Source: Eledone cirrhosa (lineage: Eukaryota). Taken from it: 64,000 bases of DNA. The notes below the pieces were generated by a model, which ran no database searches, was not told where the DNA came from, and saw only the letters and a list, made by a program, of their open reading frames with translations. A program made the translations under genes and the position numbers. Positions 41,686-54,669 of this stretch are shown here, piece after piece (positions within the stretch are counted from its first letter, which is position 1; each line of letters opens with the position of its first letter). The stretch covers positions 290,098,001 through 290,162,000 of the forward strand of contig OZ024741.1 of assembly GCA_964016885.1 (NCBI GenBank), written 5' to 3'.

Positions 41686-42544
41686 CCATTTTATTCGTGT
41701 TTTGAGTTCATATTTATGTTGTTTTCTTTGTCATTGTTGCTGCTGTTTTCGCTTTTGCGTGTGTTTGTGTTATTTTCTTTGTTATTTGTGTTGGTGTTGT
41801 TGGTGTCAGTGTAATTTATACATTCTTTCAATTTGGTGTTTCCATTGTTTGGGTTATTACCCAAAATTTTTACAATCGTTCGCCAAATTCACTTCCATAC
41901 TCGCATACGAAAGCGAGAGAAGGGAAGCTTCAGTAGGTTGAGTTACTTGTTCCACTTTATCACTTTCCCTGGGGGGCGTGACAGTGGTGTTTTCATGTAT
42001 GGTGTCCATTATTGTAAGTTGGTATACACCTTTTTCAAAGTAGTTTTTACCCCCAAAAAGGGGTAAAAATAAAATAACCACCCGTCTGCAAGTCCAGGCG
42101 GGAGGTTAGGTCACACAAATAAAACAAATGAAACACAAACTCACAGTCAACAACGTAATACAAATCCAAAAAGGCTGCAGCCCAAGTAACACACGTCTAC
42201 TATCAACGATAGATAGATAGAAAAATGGTGAGATTGAAAGAAAGAAAGAAAGGAAGAAAGAAAGAAAGAAGAAAGAAAGAAAGAAACAAACAAACAAACA
42301 AACAAACAAAGAAGAAGAAGAAGAAGAAGAAGAAGAAAAAAGAAGAAGAAGAAGAAGAAGAAGAAGAAGAAGAAGAAGAAGAAGAAGAAGAAGAAGAAGA
42401 AATTGTTAGAGAAATGTTACATCTATAGAAATACTGCATGGGATTTAAAGATTGGAGAAATAAAATGAAAGAGTAAACAGAGATGAACAGACTCAAACCA
42501 CACATATAACAATAGGTACGCACACACACACACACACACACACA

Positions 42545-42592
<48 letters not shown>

Positions 42593-42593
<1 letters not shown>

Positions 42594-43352
42594 TAGCAGC
42601 AGGACCCGGCGTTGCACGGGGTAGGAAACGTGAAATAGCAACACGCATATTCAAAGATTGAGGAATGTAGCTGTGTACTTTTAGAATTCCCTTATTCTCA
42701 GGGAATGATTGTTTATCTACTGGAAACGTAGAACACCAGCACGCCCGAATCGTGAAACATCTGCATGCATGTGCAGAATCTGAAGAAAAATCTGCTGTAT
42801 ACTCTTTAAGCGTACTAAATCTTAGAATATGATTTTTCTTCTACTTGGAGGAAATCGGTTAGGTTCTTTTCGAGTTTTACAGATTCGCAACACAGCAACA
42901 AAGGTCCGACAAAAGGGGTCATCGCGGAAATAGCACAACCGCTGTTCGGCGTACATGCGCAGGGCGTTTATACTGCGATGTAGGTGTTTAAGTAGCGTTT
43001 ATATTGAAAATGAAAATGGCATGTAATGTCCAATGCTAATTCGCAAATTTCCTAGAAACCATTAATGGAATCGGAAATCTTTTTTGTCCACAGCAATGCG
43101 AGGGAGCTAACTAATGTGTGCTGCAAATTTTGAGGAAATCGCCTGGATTATCTTTAAGTTACGCCTAAAAAAAAGCCTAAAAATGCCTTTAAAATTAGGT
43201 TTTCGCCGAGAAAAAATTAAACATTTTTTAGACCATTGCACTTCAAGAAATATAAGTAATGCATGCGTAAAGTTTGAAAAACATCGGTCGGGTACTTCTC
43301 GAGTTTTAGGGATTCACACAGACAGACATCCTCTGTTTTATATATATATATA
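42593..43352 (-). mobile_element. Non-autonomous Helitron-like element
   Basis: Minus-strand 3' end CCCGTGCAACGCCGGG hairpin followed by CTAG-T; 5' end (TA)nAAAAC...TGTCTGTCTGTG. Confidence 0.7.
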
Positions 43353-43401
43353 CAGGTGCGCGCGCACACACACACACACACACGGACGCACACACACACA
43401 T

Positions 43402-43433
<32 letters not shown>

Positions 43434-43559
43434 GTATATGTATATATTTATGCACACACAGACACACACACATATATATATATAGATATATATAATCTGC
43501 ATACTGAGGTGGCGGTAAACAACCAACATAAACTAAAAAAAAAAGAAATATATATATAT

Positions 43560-43603
<44 letters not shown>

Positions 43604-43672
43604 AAAAAGAGATGAAATCGAAAATGCAACTGAAGTCTTATTTTTTTTTTAAATATATATATTTATTTGGTT

Positions 43673-43710
43673 CCTTTACCGGTTTCGCAGTTCTTCTGCT
43701 TTTCAAAAGG
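43673..43710 (-). ncRNA. Minimal hammerhead ribozyme, U3-A8 core variant (mirror copy)
   Basis: Reverse complement of 44033-44070. Confidence 0.75.
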
Positions 43711-44032
43711 TGAGTTGAGATGGAGGGTCTGTGGTTTTTCTCACATCTGGTTGGTCTCTGAATGTTACTTGTTTTATATGGAAAAAGTGGCTCGAATGGG
43801 AGATTATCCATGAACGTTTAACGGGGTTTTTCTTTTCACCTGTTGAACTAAGTACGGAACTCCGGTCTCAGTTGAAACCGGAGTTCCGTACTTAGTTCAA
43901 CAGGTGAAAAGAAAAACCCCGTTAAACGTTCATGGATAATCTCCCATTCGAGCCACTTTTTCCATATAAAACAAGTAACATTCAGAGACCAACCAGATGT
44001 GAGAAAAACCACAGACCCTCCATCTCAACTCA

Positions 44033-44070
44033 CCTTTTGAAAAGCAGAAGAACTGCGAAACCGGTAAAGG
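44033..44070 (+). ncRNA. Minimal hammerhead ribozyme, U3-A8 core variant
   Basis: CCTT-TTGAAAA-GCAG aagaa CTGC-GAAA-CCGG-TA-AAGG; all helices pair, GUA site. Confidence 0.75.
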
Positions 44071-44208
44071 AACCAAATAAATATATATATTTAAAAAAAA
44101 AATAAGACTTCAGTTGCATTTTCGATTTCATCTCTTTTTCTTTATACTTTCACTCGTGTAGGACACCTCGGTTATTTTTCATTTTGTAAAAAAAAACCTC
44201 ACTTTCTA

Positions 44209-44240
<32 letters not shown>

Positions 44241-44703
44241 ATATATTATATTATATATATTTATATTATATATATATTTACAGAAATTATTACACCTATA
44301 TCTCTATATAGACTTTCACACAAGTTAATACATCTTCTCGGACATTTGTCTTCTATACCATGTCTACGCGCATAAGATATAGTACATACTCAAATACGTA
44401 ATGTAATACATATAAACTCACGCTCATATGCACACATCTAGATATGGTTATACATACGTTATGGTTATACTTACAGACAAATTGGGAAGAGACACGAGTC
44501 GCATAATTATCAGATACACATGAAAATACAATCGTATACATACGCATCATTGATGCACATCTAAATACACATAGTTAAATAGACATACAATAAAACTGTA
44601 GGGAGCTAATAGGTCCACTTTTTTCTACAATATATTCATTCTTTATAGATTCTAAATGTATATTTATTGAATTTTTGAGATTTTTTTTATTCATTTATAC
44701 AAC

Positions 44704-44752
<49 letters not shown>

Positions 44753-44792
44753 ATTAAATAAATGGAAAACTATATTTATAAAACCATATTTA

Positions 44793-44854
44793 TTTCATTA
44801 TATATATTTCGGGGATATCATATTAACAATATGCTATGCCTTCATCAGACAAAA
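44793..44854 (-). ncRNA. Hammerhead ribozyme with long helix II
   Basis: TTTTGT-CTGATGA-AGGCATAGCATATT gtt AATATGATATCCCC-GAAA-TATATA-TA-ATGAAA. Confidence 0.65.
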
Positions 44855-45000
44855 TACAATATAAACAGTTTTATAGATAAATATATTCGACATACCGTAA
44901 TAAACATCAACTTCATTTGAAGAGGTTCACTCTAGCAGTGAAAATACAGAGAGAAAGAAAGAGAGAGAGAGAGAAAACCCAACAATTTTAAATATAACTT

Positions 45001-45038
<38 letters not shown>

Positions 45039-46435
45039 TGAATTAGCTAAACGTTATTTCTATTATACATAGAGATACGTAGCGACTTCCGTTTCCGGTT
45101 CTCATTCCACTCGCCATATTTCTCCATTCTATTTTCCCTGCACTGATCAACCACTTCTCCAGAAAACCGACTTAAATGTTTCTCAATTACAGACTTTATA
45201 TTATGCTTTCACTTCTCTCTACTTTATAGTCCTTTCTTCTCTTTCATGTACACCTCATCTCTCTCCTCAACCCGTTTTCTCCTTATTTTGTCCCCAAACT
45301 TCTTACATCTATCTTCTACTATCTGTAAATAAATTGTGAGCTCATTCTACTTCAATTTTAACCAGTTTCCTATTGTATTTTATTGAATTTGCGTGTTTGT
45401 ATTTTATCCTTTCTTAGAATATTTTAAAATCTCCTAATCAACGAAGTCATTGTTGTCGAATTCTTAGTGTTTACTTTTGTTCGTAGAACATTCACTGCAC
45501 AATCCAGCATGTTCTTCATTCGTTAATCCAATGGTGTGTTATTTGAGATATATTTAGCTGTTATATCTAACACTTAGAGAAAACACTCATCCAGGTTATT
45601 ATGCAGTTATTATGTAGAACTGAACATGAAACTGAACAATGTATAGGTATTGAAAATTATGATACAGTGTAGCGACACTTTAGACTTCATGTATTCAGTA
45701 AGTTTTCTGTTTATGGATAAACTATGTATATAATATGGATTTAAGAGGGATATATTGTGGATATAGGTAGCGAATTGGCAGAATCTTTACAACGTCAGAT
45801 AGAAAACTTTGCGGTATACATTCCAGCTCTCTGCTCGCTCAGTTCAGATTCCACCAAGATCAACTTTGCCTTTCATCCTTCGAAGTCGATAAAAAAATTC
45901 CAGTCAAGAACTGGAATGGATTCTTCCTCTATATCCATTTCTCAATTCCATTCTCTCACTTACTAGTCTTCTTTGGAAGAAACCTGCTGTATTCAAATCT
46001 TGACAAGAGATGGGCTCCGCCAAGTTAAAAAATTCCCTAGAAATGCCGTATATCTATATGGTGCCGCTACGACACCCTTAGGTGTTACGCGACCATGTAT
46101 GCACATTGTAAATATAATATAGATACCATCAGGGGATAAATGTATTTAATATTCTATGGGTATACGTTGCAAATGATTTCTGATTTAAGTACAAGGCTAG
46201 CCATTCAGGCGAAGTGGAAAGTCGATTATAATGACCCCAGTACTTAACTGGTAGTTCATATTCTCAGCCCGAGTAGGAATAAAGCCGCCGTCAACCTGGA
46301 CAGAATTTGAAATCAAAACATGAAAAGACAGAACCAGCACCATAAAGGCAGTTTATCACAGGCTCTAACGGTTGTGTTTCGATAATGATCATAATTACGA
46401 CGAGGATGCGTGGGACATAGATCATGCTGATTGTC

Positions 46436-46481
<46 letters not shown>

Positions 46482-46619
46482 GGAGGAGGAGGAGGAGGAG
46501 GAGGAGGAGGAGGAATAGAAATGGGAGAGATGAACAACTACAACGACTACAATAAGAGCGATGACGATGACGACGACGATGATGACGATGATGATGACGA
46601 TGATGACGATGATGATGAC

Positions 46620-46651
<32 letters not shown>

Positions 46652-47000
46652 CGAGTAGGAGGGCGAAGAGAAATAGGAGACGAGAAGGACAACAACTACA
46701 ACAACCTCGATGACGACGATGATGATGAGGATGGCACCGATGAAGACGAACCTGATAAAAACGATGACGGCGATGACGACGACGAAGACGATGACGACGA
46801 AGACGATGACGACGAAGACGATGACGACGAAGACGATGACGACGAAGACGATGACGGCGATGACGACGACGAAGACGATGACGACGAAGACGATGACGAC
46901 GAAGACGATGACGACGAAGACGATGACGACGAAGACGATGACGGCGATGACGACGAAGACGACGATGACGATGACGATGGCGACGACAACGATGATTATG
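46436..47000. repeat. (GAT/GAG/GAC)n microsatellite with 15-bp unit GACGAAGACGATGAC
   Basis: Direct inspection. Confidence 0.85.
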
Positions 47001-47272
47001 GTGTCGATGTTGATTATGACGATCAAGGTCGTGTCCATAACAATAACATTACCAGTCTATAAACAATAGCAATATCGAAAATACCACCATCCCCGCCCTC
47101 ACCTATTTATGGCCCGGTTGTTTTTCTGTTTTTCATCGGTGTTCAAGGGAGGTAATCCGGAAATATTGTAATAATTGGCATAATTAATGTGAAACGACGG
47201 AAATGGGTTTGTATAAACATCTTCAAAAACATATTAGACATGACATAACAACAACGGCCGTCAATAACAATA

Positions 47273-47317
<45 letters not shown>

Positions 47318-47403
47318 GCTGCTACTACTACTACTACTACTACTACTGCTACTGCTGCTCCTGCTGCTGCTGCTGTTGCTTCTTGCTACTGCTACTGTTG
47401 CTG

Positions 47404-47464
<61 letters not shown>

Positions 47465-47769
47465 GGCTGCTAGCGTTGTTGATGACGTGTTCTTTTCTTC
47501 TAAATAGAAACCATAGCAATATCTGTAAAAAACTAAATAAATGAAGTCAAGTTTTATTATGGTTTAGCTGCCATATTTTATTGCGTATTTTATTTACAGT
47601 ATTTGGAATTTGTTTTTAAGTTTGCCTTTAAATCAAGAGTCGCAGTGTATTGCTTTCATTTCTTTCTAGAAGCTATTTCAGTAAGAAGAAGGCTCATATC
47701 TAGCAAACCTGACTAAAGTGGTTTGATTCCCACTTAAAATGAATTTCTCTTTACTCATCACTAAAGATG

Positions 47770-48450
47770 TGGGTGGTTGATTTGCGGTATTTGTTCCAGC
47801 TCTTTACCTTCTTAGTTGCCATCCCGCTGAGCTAAACTTAGCCTTTTATCCTTCTGGATAAAGTACAAGTCAAGTATTGGGTCAATTTAATTGACTTTCC
47901 CTTCTACAAAATTAGTGGCCTTGTACCTAAAAGTAGATATCTGCATTTAGGGTGGTGTAGGGTGGTGGATTGGTAGTCTCAGTAGACTGTCGCACAACAC
48001 GATTTACGGCGTAGATTTGCGGCCCTTTGCGATCTGAGTTCAAATCATGTCGAGGTTAGCTTTGCCTTTCATCCTTATGAGCTCGATACAATAAAGTACC
48101 AGTAATGCACTGGTGTCGTTCTAGTCGACTTTCTCCTCCCGAAAATTATTGATTTGTACCTAAATCAGAGACCATTATTTGGTGGATTGGCAGTATTGGT
48201 AGAGGGTCGGACGCCATGCTTTGCAGCAAAGAGTTACGTCCCTTTATGGTCTGAGTTCAAATCCCGCCCAGGTTAACTTTGCCTTTCATCCTTACGGGGT
48301 CGATAAAATAAAGCACCAGTAATATACTGGGATAATTGCTGACCTTGTGCCAAATGTAGAAACAATTATTTAGGGTGATGTACTGTCAGAATTCGTAGAG
48401 CGTCGGATAACATGACATTGCTCTATTCATTCCAGTTCAAATCCCCTGAA
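47770..48450 (+). mobile_element. Tandem tRNA-SINE cluster (3-4 copies of mixed age)
   Basis: Same A/B boxes and body; best-preserved copy at 48180-48370. Confidence 0.8.
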
Positions 48451-49444
48451 AAAGGTTTAAATCTAGCAAACACTACTAAACTGATTTGATGACTGTTTAA
48501 AATTGATCCCACTTTCCTTAATACTACAGATAAAGACTGTTGTTGTAAGAATCTTATGAGCGTCAAACACACTACTTAGCGGTGTTTGTTCCGGCTTTTT
48601 AAATTCTGAGTTCAAATCTCACAGAAGAGTAGAGCGGAGGGATCTAACGTTTACATTAATCCTGTCTGGATTCTTATAATAATTTAATTTAATTGAAGAA
48701 CAATCCACTTTCAAAGCATGTGGCCTTTTTGCCAGTTTTAGAAACAATTTCTAAGCACTTTGCATTGCCAAAATAGTTAGAGTGTCGGACAAAATATATA
48801 TGTATGTATCTTTTTTTCTTTTTTGGGAGCGAGAGATACCTAGTCTTCATTAAGACATCTCTCTAGGAGAAGGTCACTCTGATACAAAAACCTGCATCCA
48901 ATGATGTAGACCAGCTCTTTATTTGGACAAATGCATTCGTTTTTTAGAGAGTGTGATTAGACCTGTGCAAAGCCTTTCTTCACTTAAAAAAGCTTCAAAC
49001 ACAGGCATCGCTTGATATGTGACATTTTTTGCGATGCATGGTATTTCTGGTCATAGCAGGACTAAAATGCCCTGTCCGTGATGCTCATGCATAAGTATCA
49101 AGCGATGGCATTACTCGAAATCGAGTTGCGGCCATCATCATATATGTATGCATGCAGATACAGTAACCAGTTTTTGAATTCAGAGTAGCCATTCTCCTAA
49201 TCAGATTTCTCCCTCTTGTCAGTTACCAATATCGGTCGCTACGGAGGGCTAAAAGCTAGGCCTAAGTTGTCAGGGGTTTTATGAGACGCAATAAGTTTGG
49301 GTCATTTTAGTAGAGAGTAGATTTTCAAGCATATTCCCACTCCTGGCAATGAAAGCCTACCGAAATGGCTATACAAATAATCGACATAGACATCCTAAGA
49401 TGACCGACGTTTTGCAGAGAATGTGATATGATGAACCGTGATCC

Positions 49445-50365
49445 GACAATTCCGCGCAGGACAACTCAGCGCCGACAATTCAGCGCATGACAATTTAGCG
49501 CAACGACAATTTAGCGCAACGACAATTCAGCGCATGACAATTTAGCGCAACGACAATTTAGCGCAACGACAATTTAGCGCAACGACAATTTAGCGCAACG
49601 AAAATTCAGCGCATGACAATTTAGCGCAACGACAATTTAGCGCAACGACAATTTAGCGCAACGACAATTTAGCGCAACGACAATTCAGCGCATGACAATT
49701 TAGCGCAACAACAATTTAGCGCAACGACAATTTAGCGCAACGACAATTCAGCGCATGACAATTTAGCGCAACGACAATTTAGCGCAACGACAATTTAGCG
49801 CAACGACAATTTAGCGCAACGACAATTCAGCGCATGACAATTTAGCGCAACGACAATTTAGCGCAACGACAATTTAGCGCAACGACAATTCAGCGCAACG
49901 ACAACTTAGCGCAACGACAATTCAGCGCATGACAATTTAGCGCAACGACAATTTAGCGCAACGACAATTTAGCGCAACGACAATTTAGCGCAACGACAAT
50001 TAAGCGCATGACAATTTAGCGCAACGACAATTTAGCGCAACGACAATTTAGCGCAACGGCAATTTAGCGCAACGACAATTTAGCGCAACGACAATTCAGC
50101 GCATGACAATTCAGCGCAACGACAATTTAGCGCAACGACAATTCAGCGCAACGACAATTTAGCGCAACGACAATTTAGCGCAACAACAATTTAGCGCAAC
50201 GACAATTCAGCGCAACGACAATTTAGCGCAACAACAATTTAGCGCAACGACAATTCAGCGCAACGACAATTTAGCTCAACAACAATTTAGCGCAACGACA
50301 ATTCAGCGCAACGACAATTTAGCGCAACGACAATTTATCGCATGATAATTTAGCGCAAGGACAAT
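49445..50365 (+). repeat. Minisatellite, ~58 units of GACAATTTAGCGCAAC (16 bp) interspersed with GACAATTCAGCGCAT (15 bp)
   Basis: Direct inspection; no spacers between units. Confidence 0.95.
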
Positions 50366-50932
50366 GCAAGACGATATATAATGTTTGTGTATATATATAT
50401 ATATATTTAAAAAAGGAAATAGAATGACTTCACTTGTAGTTCCAAATAATTTATTTTCTTCAAAAATCCAAAGGTTTACAATTTGTAATTTTTAAAGAGA
50501 GTTTGAGATGAAATTCTTAAGCAAAGTTTTTTCTTAAGAGAAATATGTGTAGGAATGGGGGAGTGTTGAAAGCGGTTGGTGGTAGTAGTGAGTTGAGATA
50601 GCGAGTGGGGTGAAGGGGGGGGGGGAGAACAAATATATATATACAACAGGTGTGATGTGTTTTGGTCAATTTTAGAATTCTTTTGTTCAAGAAGAATGTT
50701 TTTAGAAGGTGTGTTTGTTAGCAACGCATTAGGGGGTACAATTTGTTTGGGTCACTTAAGCTTGCATTCTTTTGTTCAAAAGAATGTGTCCCTAGCAATT
50801 TTTAGTACCAAAAACAAATATCATTACCCACACGGAGCCGTTTATTTACTAATAAGGAAATGTCTGCACTGTGTGTTATAGGTTTGTATTTCTAAACTAC
50901 ACATCTTTTAAAATCATTCAGAAAGTGACGGC

Positions 50933-50986
50933 CGGAGTTGTACGGAGTTGTACGGAGTTGTACGGAGTTGTACGGAGTTGTACGGA
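50933..50986 (+). repeat. (CGGAGTTGTA)x5 tandem repeat
   Basis: Direct inspection. Confidence 0.9.
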
Positions 50987-51011
50987 TTCTCTTTGACAAG
51001 CTTCAAAAACC

Positions 51012-51199
<188 letters not shown>

Positions 51200-51329
51200 A
51201 ATATATATATGTGTGTATGTATGTGTGGGTGTAGGTGTATCTATACATACATATATATATATATGTGTGAATGTATGTATATGTATATATATATATATAT
51301 ATGTATACATGTATGTATGTATGTGTATA

Positions 51330-51367
<38 letters not shown>

Positions 51368-51371
51368 GGTG

Positions 51372-51571
51372 NNNNNNNNNNNNNNNNNNNNNNNNNNNNN
51401 NNNNNNNNNNNNNNNNNNNNNNNNNNNNNNNNNNNNNNNNNNNNNNNNNNNNNNNNNNNNNNNNNNNNNNNNNNNNNNNNNNNNNNNNNNNNNNNNNNNN
51501 NNNNNNNNNNNNNNNNNNNNNNNNNNNNNNNNNNNNNNNNNNNNNNNNNNNNNNNNNNNNNNNNNNNNNNN
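51372..51571. other. Assembly gap (200 N)
   Basis: N run between microsatellites. Confidence 0.99.
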
Positions 51572-52033
51572 TGTGTGTGCGTGTGTGTGAGTGTGTGTGT
51601 GTAGGAAGAAGACTTTAGAATATTTTTCTTCAGAAATATGCCAAATATACATCCCATTACGCATCGAATACTATTTTCATCAATGGACAAATCACCGCAG
51701 ACAATCCAAAACTGAAACTGTTCATTACTACTTGCTATGACTCTCTCTCTCTCTCAATCTCTCTCTCACCCCCTCTCTCTCTCTCTCTCTCACTCTCTCA
51801 CTCTCTCTTTCTCTTACTCTCTCTCTCTCTCTGTCGATCTGTATTTCTCCCTCTAAATCCATCTCTATATCTTTTCTCCTACTCTCTTTGTACTCCAAAT
51901 ACCATCATACCTAACAACTTCTCCAATACCTTGTGCCTCATTCTTTTGTGACCTGGTCAGTCAATTCTGCCATGTCTCTTGCATATTAATATTCCTTACA
52001 AAGCGTTAGTTCGAACTAAATTTTATTAATCTA

Positions 52034-52202
52034 CCGCATTTCCCGACGCCGAAGACGCTACTTTTTTCCTAAAATAAGTCTCAAAAATCTACCATGCGTC
52101 CTGGAGGCCGAAGGTTGTTTATTATTCTTTTTCAAATTTTTTGCTTGTCAAAATTAGGATGCGTCCTCGAGGACGAAGCGTCTTCGGCACCGGGAAACAC
52201 GG
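52034..52202. mobile_element. pogo/Tigger/Tc2-like MITE
   Basis: TA-CCGCATTTCCCGACGCCGAAGACGC ... GCGTCTTCGGCACCGGGAAACACGG-TA. Confidence 0.75.
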
Positions 52203-52596
52203 TAATTAATTTCTTTATTCCCATTACATTTGTGTGCTGCTTTCCATTGTAGCAATTTTCCTCTCCCAATTCGGTATTGTGTTTTTTTGTTTATTATTTT
52301 TTTGTCCAACTGCCGAGGTGTTTTCATCCTATATAGATATTTTTATATACTATTGAGGCTTATGTGGGGAACAGTCGTGTCTTTGGAAGCATCCGAAACC
52401 ATAAAAATCCACAGCATTACAGCCGATGAGAGTGAAATGTTCATAAATTTGGCGCTTCCGAGTTTCTCTTTCCTGTATATGTCCGACGTGCATTTTTAAT
52501 GATATATATATATATAACGAAGGAAGTGTGGTAAGGAACCAGATTGACCATAACGCACCAGAGTACTCAATACTTAGGGTCGTAGAGTGGGTAATG

Positions 52597-52709
52597 GGAA
52601 AATGTTTAACCCCGACGGCAGAGCTCAAGCCGTTTCGACGGCTATTTCAGAAATAGTCAAAAATAACCGTCGAAATCGCTTGAGCTCTGCCGTCGGGGTT
52701 AAACATTTT

Positions 52710-52711
<2 letters not shown>
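52597..52711. repeat. Fold-back (~51-bp arms), probable PLE pseudo-LTR remnant (element ~52515-52711)
   Basis: GGAAAATGTTTAACCCCGACGGCAGAGCTCAAGC / its reverse complement; (TA)n on both sides of the element. Confidence 0.75.
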
Positions 52712-52794
<83 letters not shown>

Positions 52795-53718
52795 TATATA
52801 TTATATATATATACATATAATCAGTGTTTTATAGCTTGGTTGAAGCATTGTTGAATAGGAAACACAAGTTTGCTAAGGTTAGATTATTTTGTTATATTAG
52901 CGATATAACATTCTTCCTAACACATCGATTTGGTTTTCAAATTATTTAAACTTGTTTTTCATATATATATATATATATATGTGTGTGTGTATGTGTGTGT
53001 GTGTGTGTGTGTGTGTCTCTGAGATTGACTATTAGTCGCCGATCACGCTAACTGACCAGGCACCTGAAAGCAATATTACATAACACAGTATAAATGACAA
53101 ATATTATATATGTGGGCTTTATCTATGAAAATATGAAATGGGCAGACTTCGTGAGAAGAACCAATTATTATGCATAATTATGAAGTGCGGAGGGGGGGGG
53201 GTGGGCATTTTTTTTAGCCAGTGAAAATGTAGGTATAATAATGAATTTATGTATACAATGATTATCAAATTCAAACTTAATTTATCATTTTACTACGGCA
53301 AGTTCTTCTGACATGAACAAAGATTTGTGTTTTAAATAACATTTGGTTATATTAAACGCTACCTATGAATTGCACACTTTGTATTTGTAATTTATAAAAT
53401 TATATTTCTAGACGCACACTCCCGCACCCTCACAAATATATATATATGGGAGTATACAAATAAAGATTCAGCGAGAATCGCATTTCACCGGGAAGGAAAA
53501 CAAAGCGAAACGCAAAAATCAAAAATGATACTGGCAAAGTGCTCAATAGTCAAAGACCAGAGCTAAATAATGTGTTAAGAAGCCATACAAAACCGAAAAG
53601 GTGGTCAAGAAGGCAATTAACCACCAAGCCCAAAACCAAATCAAGCTAAACAGGTCAAAACAAAATAAATGAATAAAAAATAAATGATAACCAGATGTTT
53701 ATATATATATATATATGT

Positions 53719-53759
<41 letters not shown>

Positions 53760-53776
53760 CATACACACACACATAT

Positions 53777-53870
<94 letters not shown>

Positions 53871-54463
53871 GTGTGGTACAAATATATATACATATTTTGT
53901 GTATTTCTGTGTGTGTGTGTGTTTTGACTTACACGTAATCTCTTTATATACTCAATGCAAAATATCCTCCCACCACTAGACGCAGCATTCCGAGAACAAA
54001 CCAGTTTCTTTCAAGAATAAATGATCTCCTATAGCTAGGCTCCATTGTTTGTTCGACACCATTAATCACGTGATCGCTTTTAAAATCTGTTTTGTATCAA
54101 TTCAACAAAACCCGGCACAATTTAAATCTTTTCATTTTCGTCGACAATTCATTCTCATTCTTTATCTATTATTATCTATATCTATCCATCAACCCATCCC
54201 CCTGTTTCTGTCTGTCTATCCATCTCTATATTTATGTCCCTTCTCTGTGTTTCGCTCTCTCCTCTTTTTAGCTCTTTCTCCCCCCCCCCCCCCTCTCTAT
54301 CCACTTATCTATCTCCCTCTATTTCCCTTTCAATTGCTAAACTTCTTTGACGAAATATTTTCCACTGAACTTCATTTACAAATGATTCAACAATCTTAGT
54401 GAAAACCGTTTTTATAATTCTACACTAAGAAACACATACACGCACATACACACATACACATAT

Positions 54464-54527
<64 letters not shown>

Positions 54528-54606
54528 TAAAATAACATATTAAAGTTCAAGCAAAGATATATCTATCCTTATCGAGCCCTCTTTGAATGTTAATCTTCAC
54601 ATTCCT

Positions 54607-54669
<63 letters not shown>

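Larger units (their letters stand above)
36637..42207 (-). mobile_element. Full-length Tx1/L1-type non-LTR retrotransposon (disrupted)
   Basis: ORF1 plus ORF2 (APE-RT-zinc finger); AATAAA at 36645-36650 (-); (GATA)n on both flanks. Confidence 0.92.
43597..44146. repeat. Perfect 270-bp inverted repeat with 10-nt spacer, derived from a PLE pseudo-LTR
   Basis: Arms 43597-43866 / 43877-44146 with no mismatch seen; outer 200 bp match 26727-26925. Confidence 0.92.
49437..50991. mobile_element. Possible Mutator/foldback-type non-autonomous DNA element with subterminal tandem arrays
   Basis: Left end GATCCG-ACAATTCCG resembles the reverse complement of the right end GAATCCGTACAACTCCG; no TSD found. 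Confidence 0.45.

Noticed and set aside
37005-41941. Plus-strand ORFs over the LINE
   Set aside because: Antisense to Tx1 ORF1/ORF2 with no independent motifs
45075-45120. ETS/YY1-like motifs (ACTTCCG, TTCCGG, CGCCAT)
   Set aside because: Short motifs with no associated exon; expected by chance
46652-47060. Stop-free Asp-rich frame (DDDDEDDDGDD...) resembling mollusc acidic shell proteins
   Set aside because: In-frame TGA at 46649, no ATG, signal peptide or splice acceptor; embedded in GAT/GAC microsatellite
49445-50365. CRISPR-like array
   Set aside because: Units are contiguous with no unique spacers, there are no cas genes, and the context is eukaryotic
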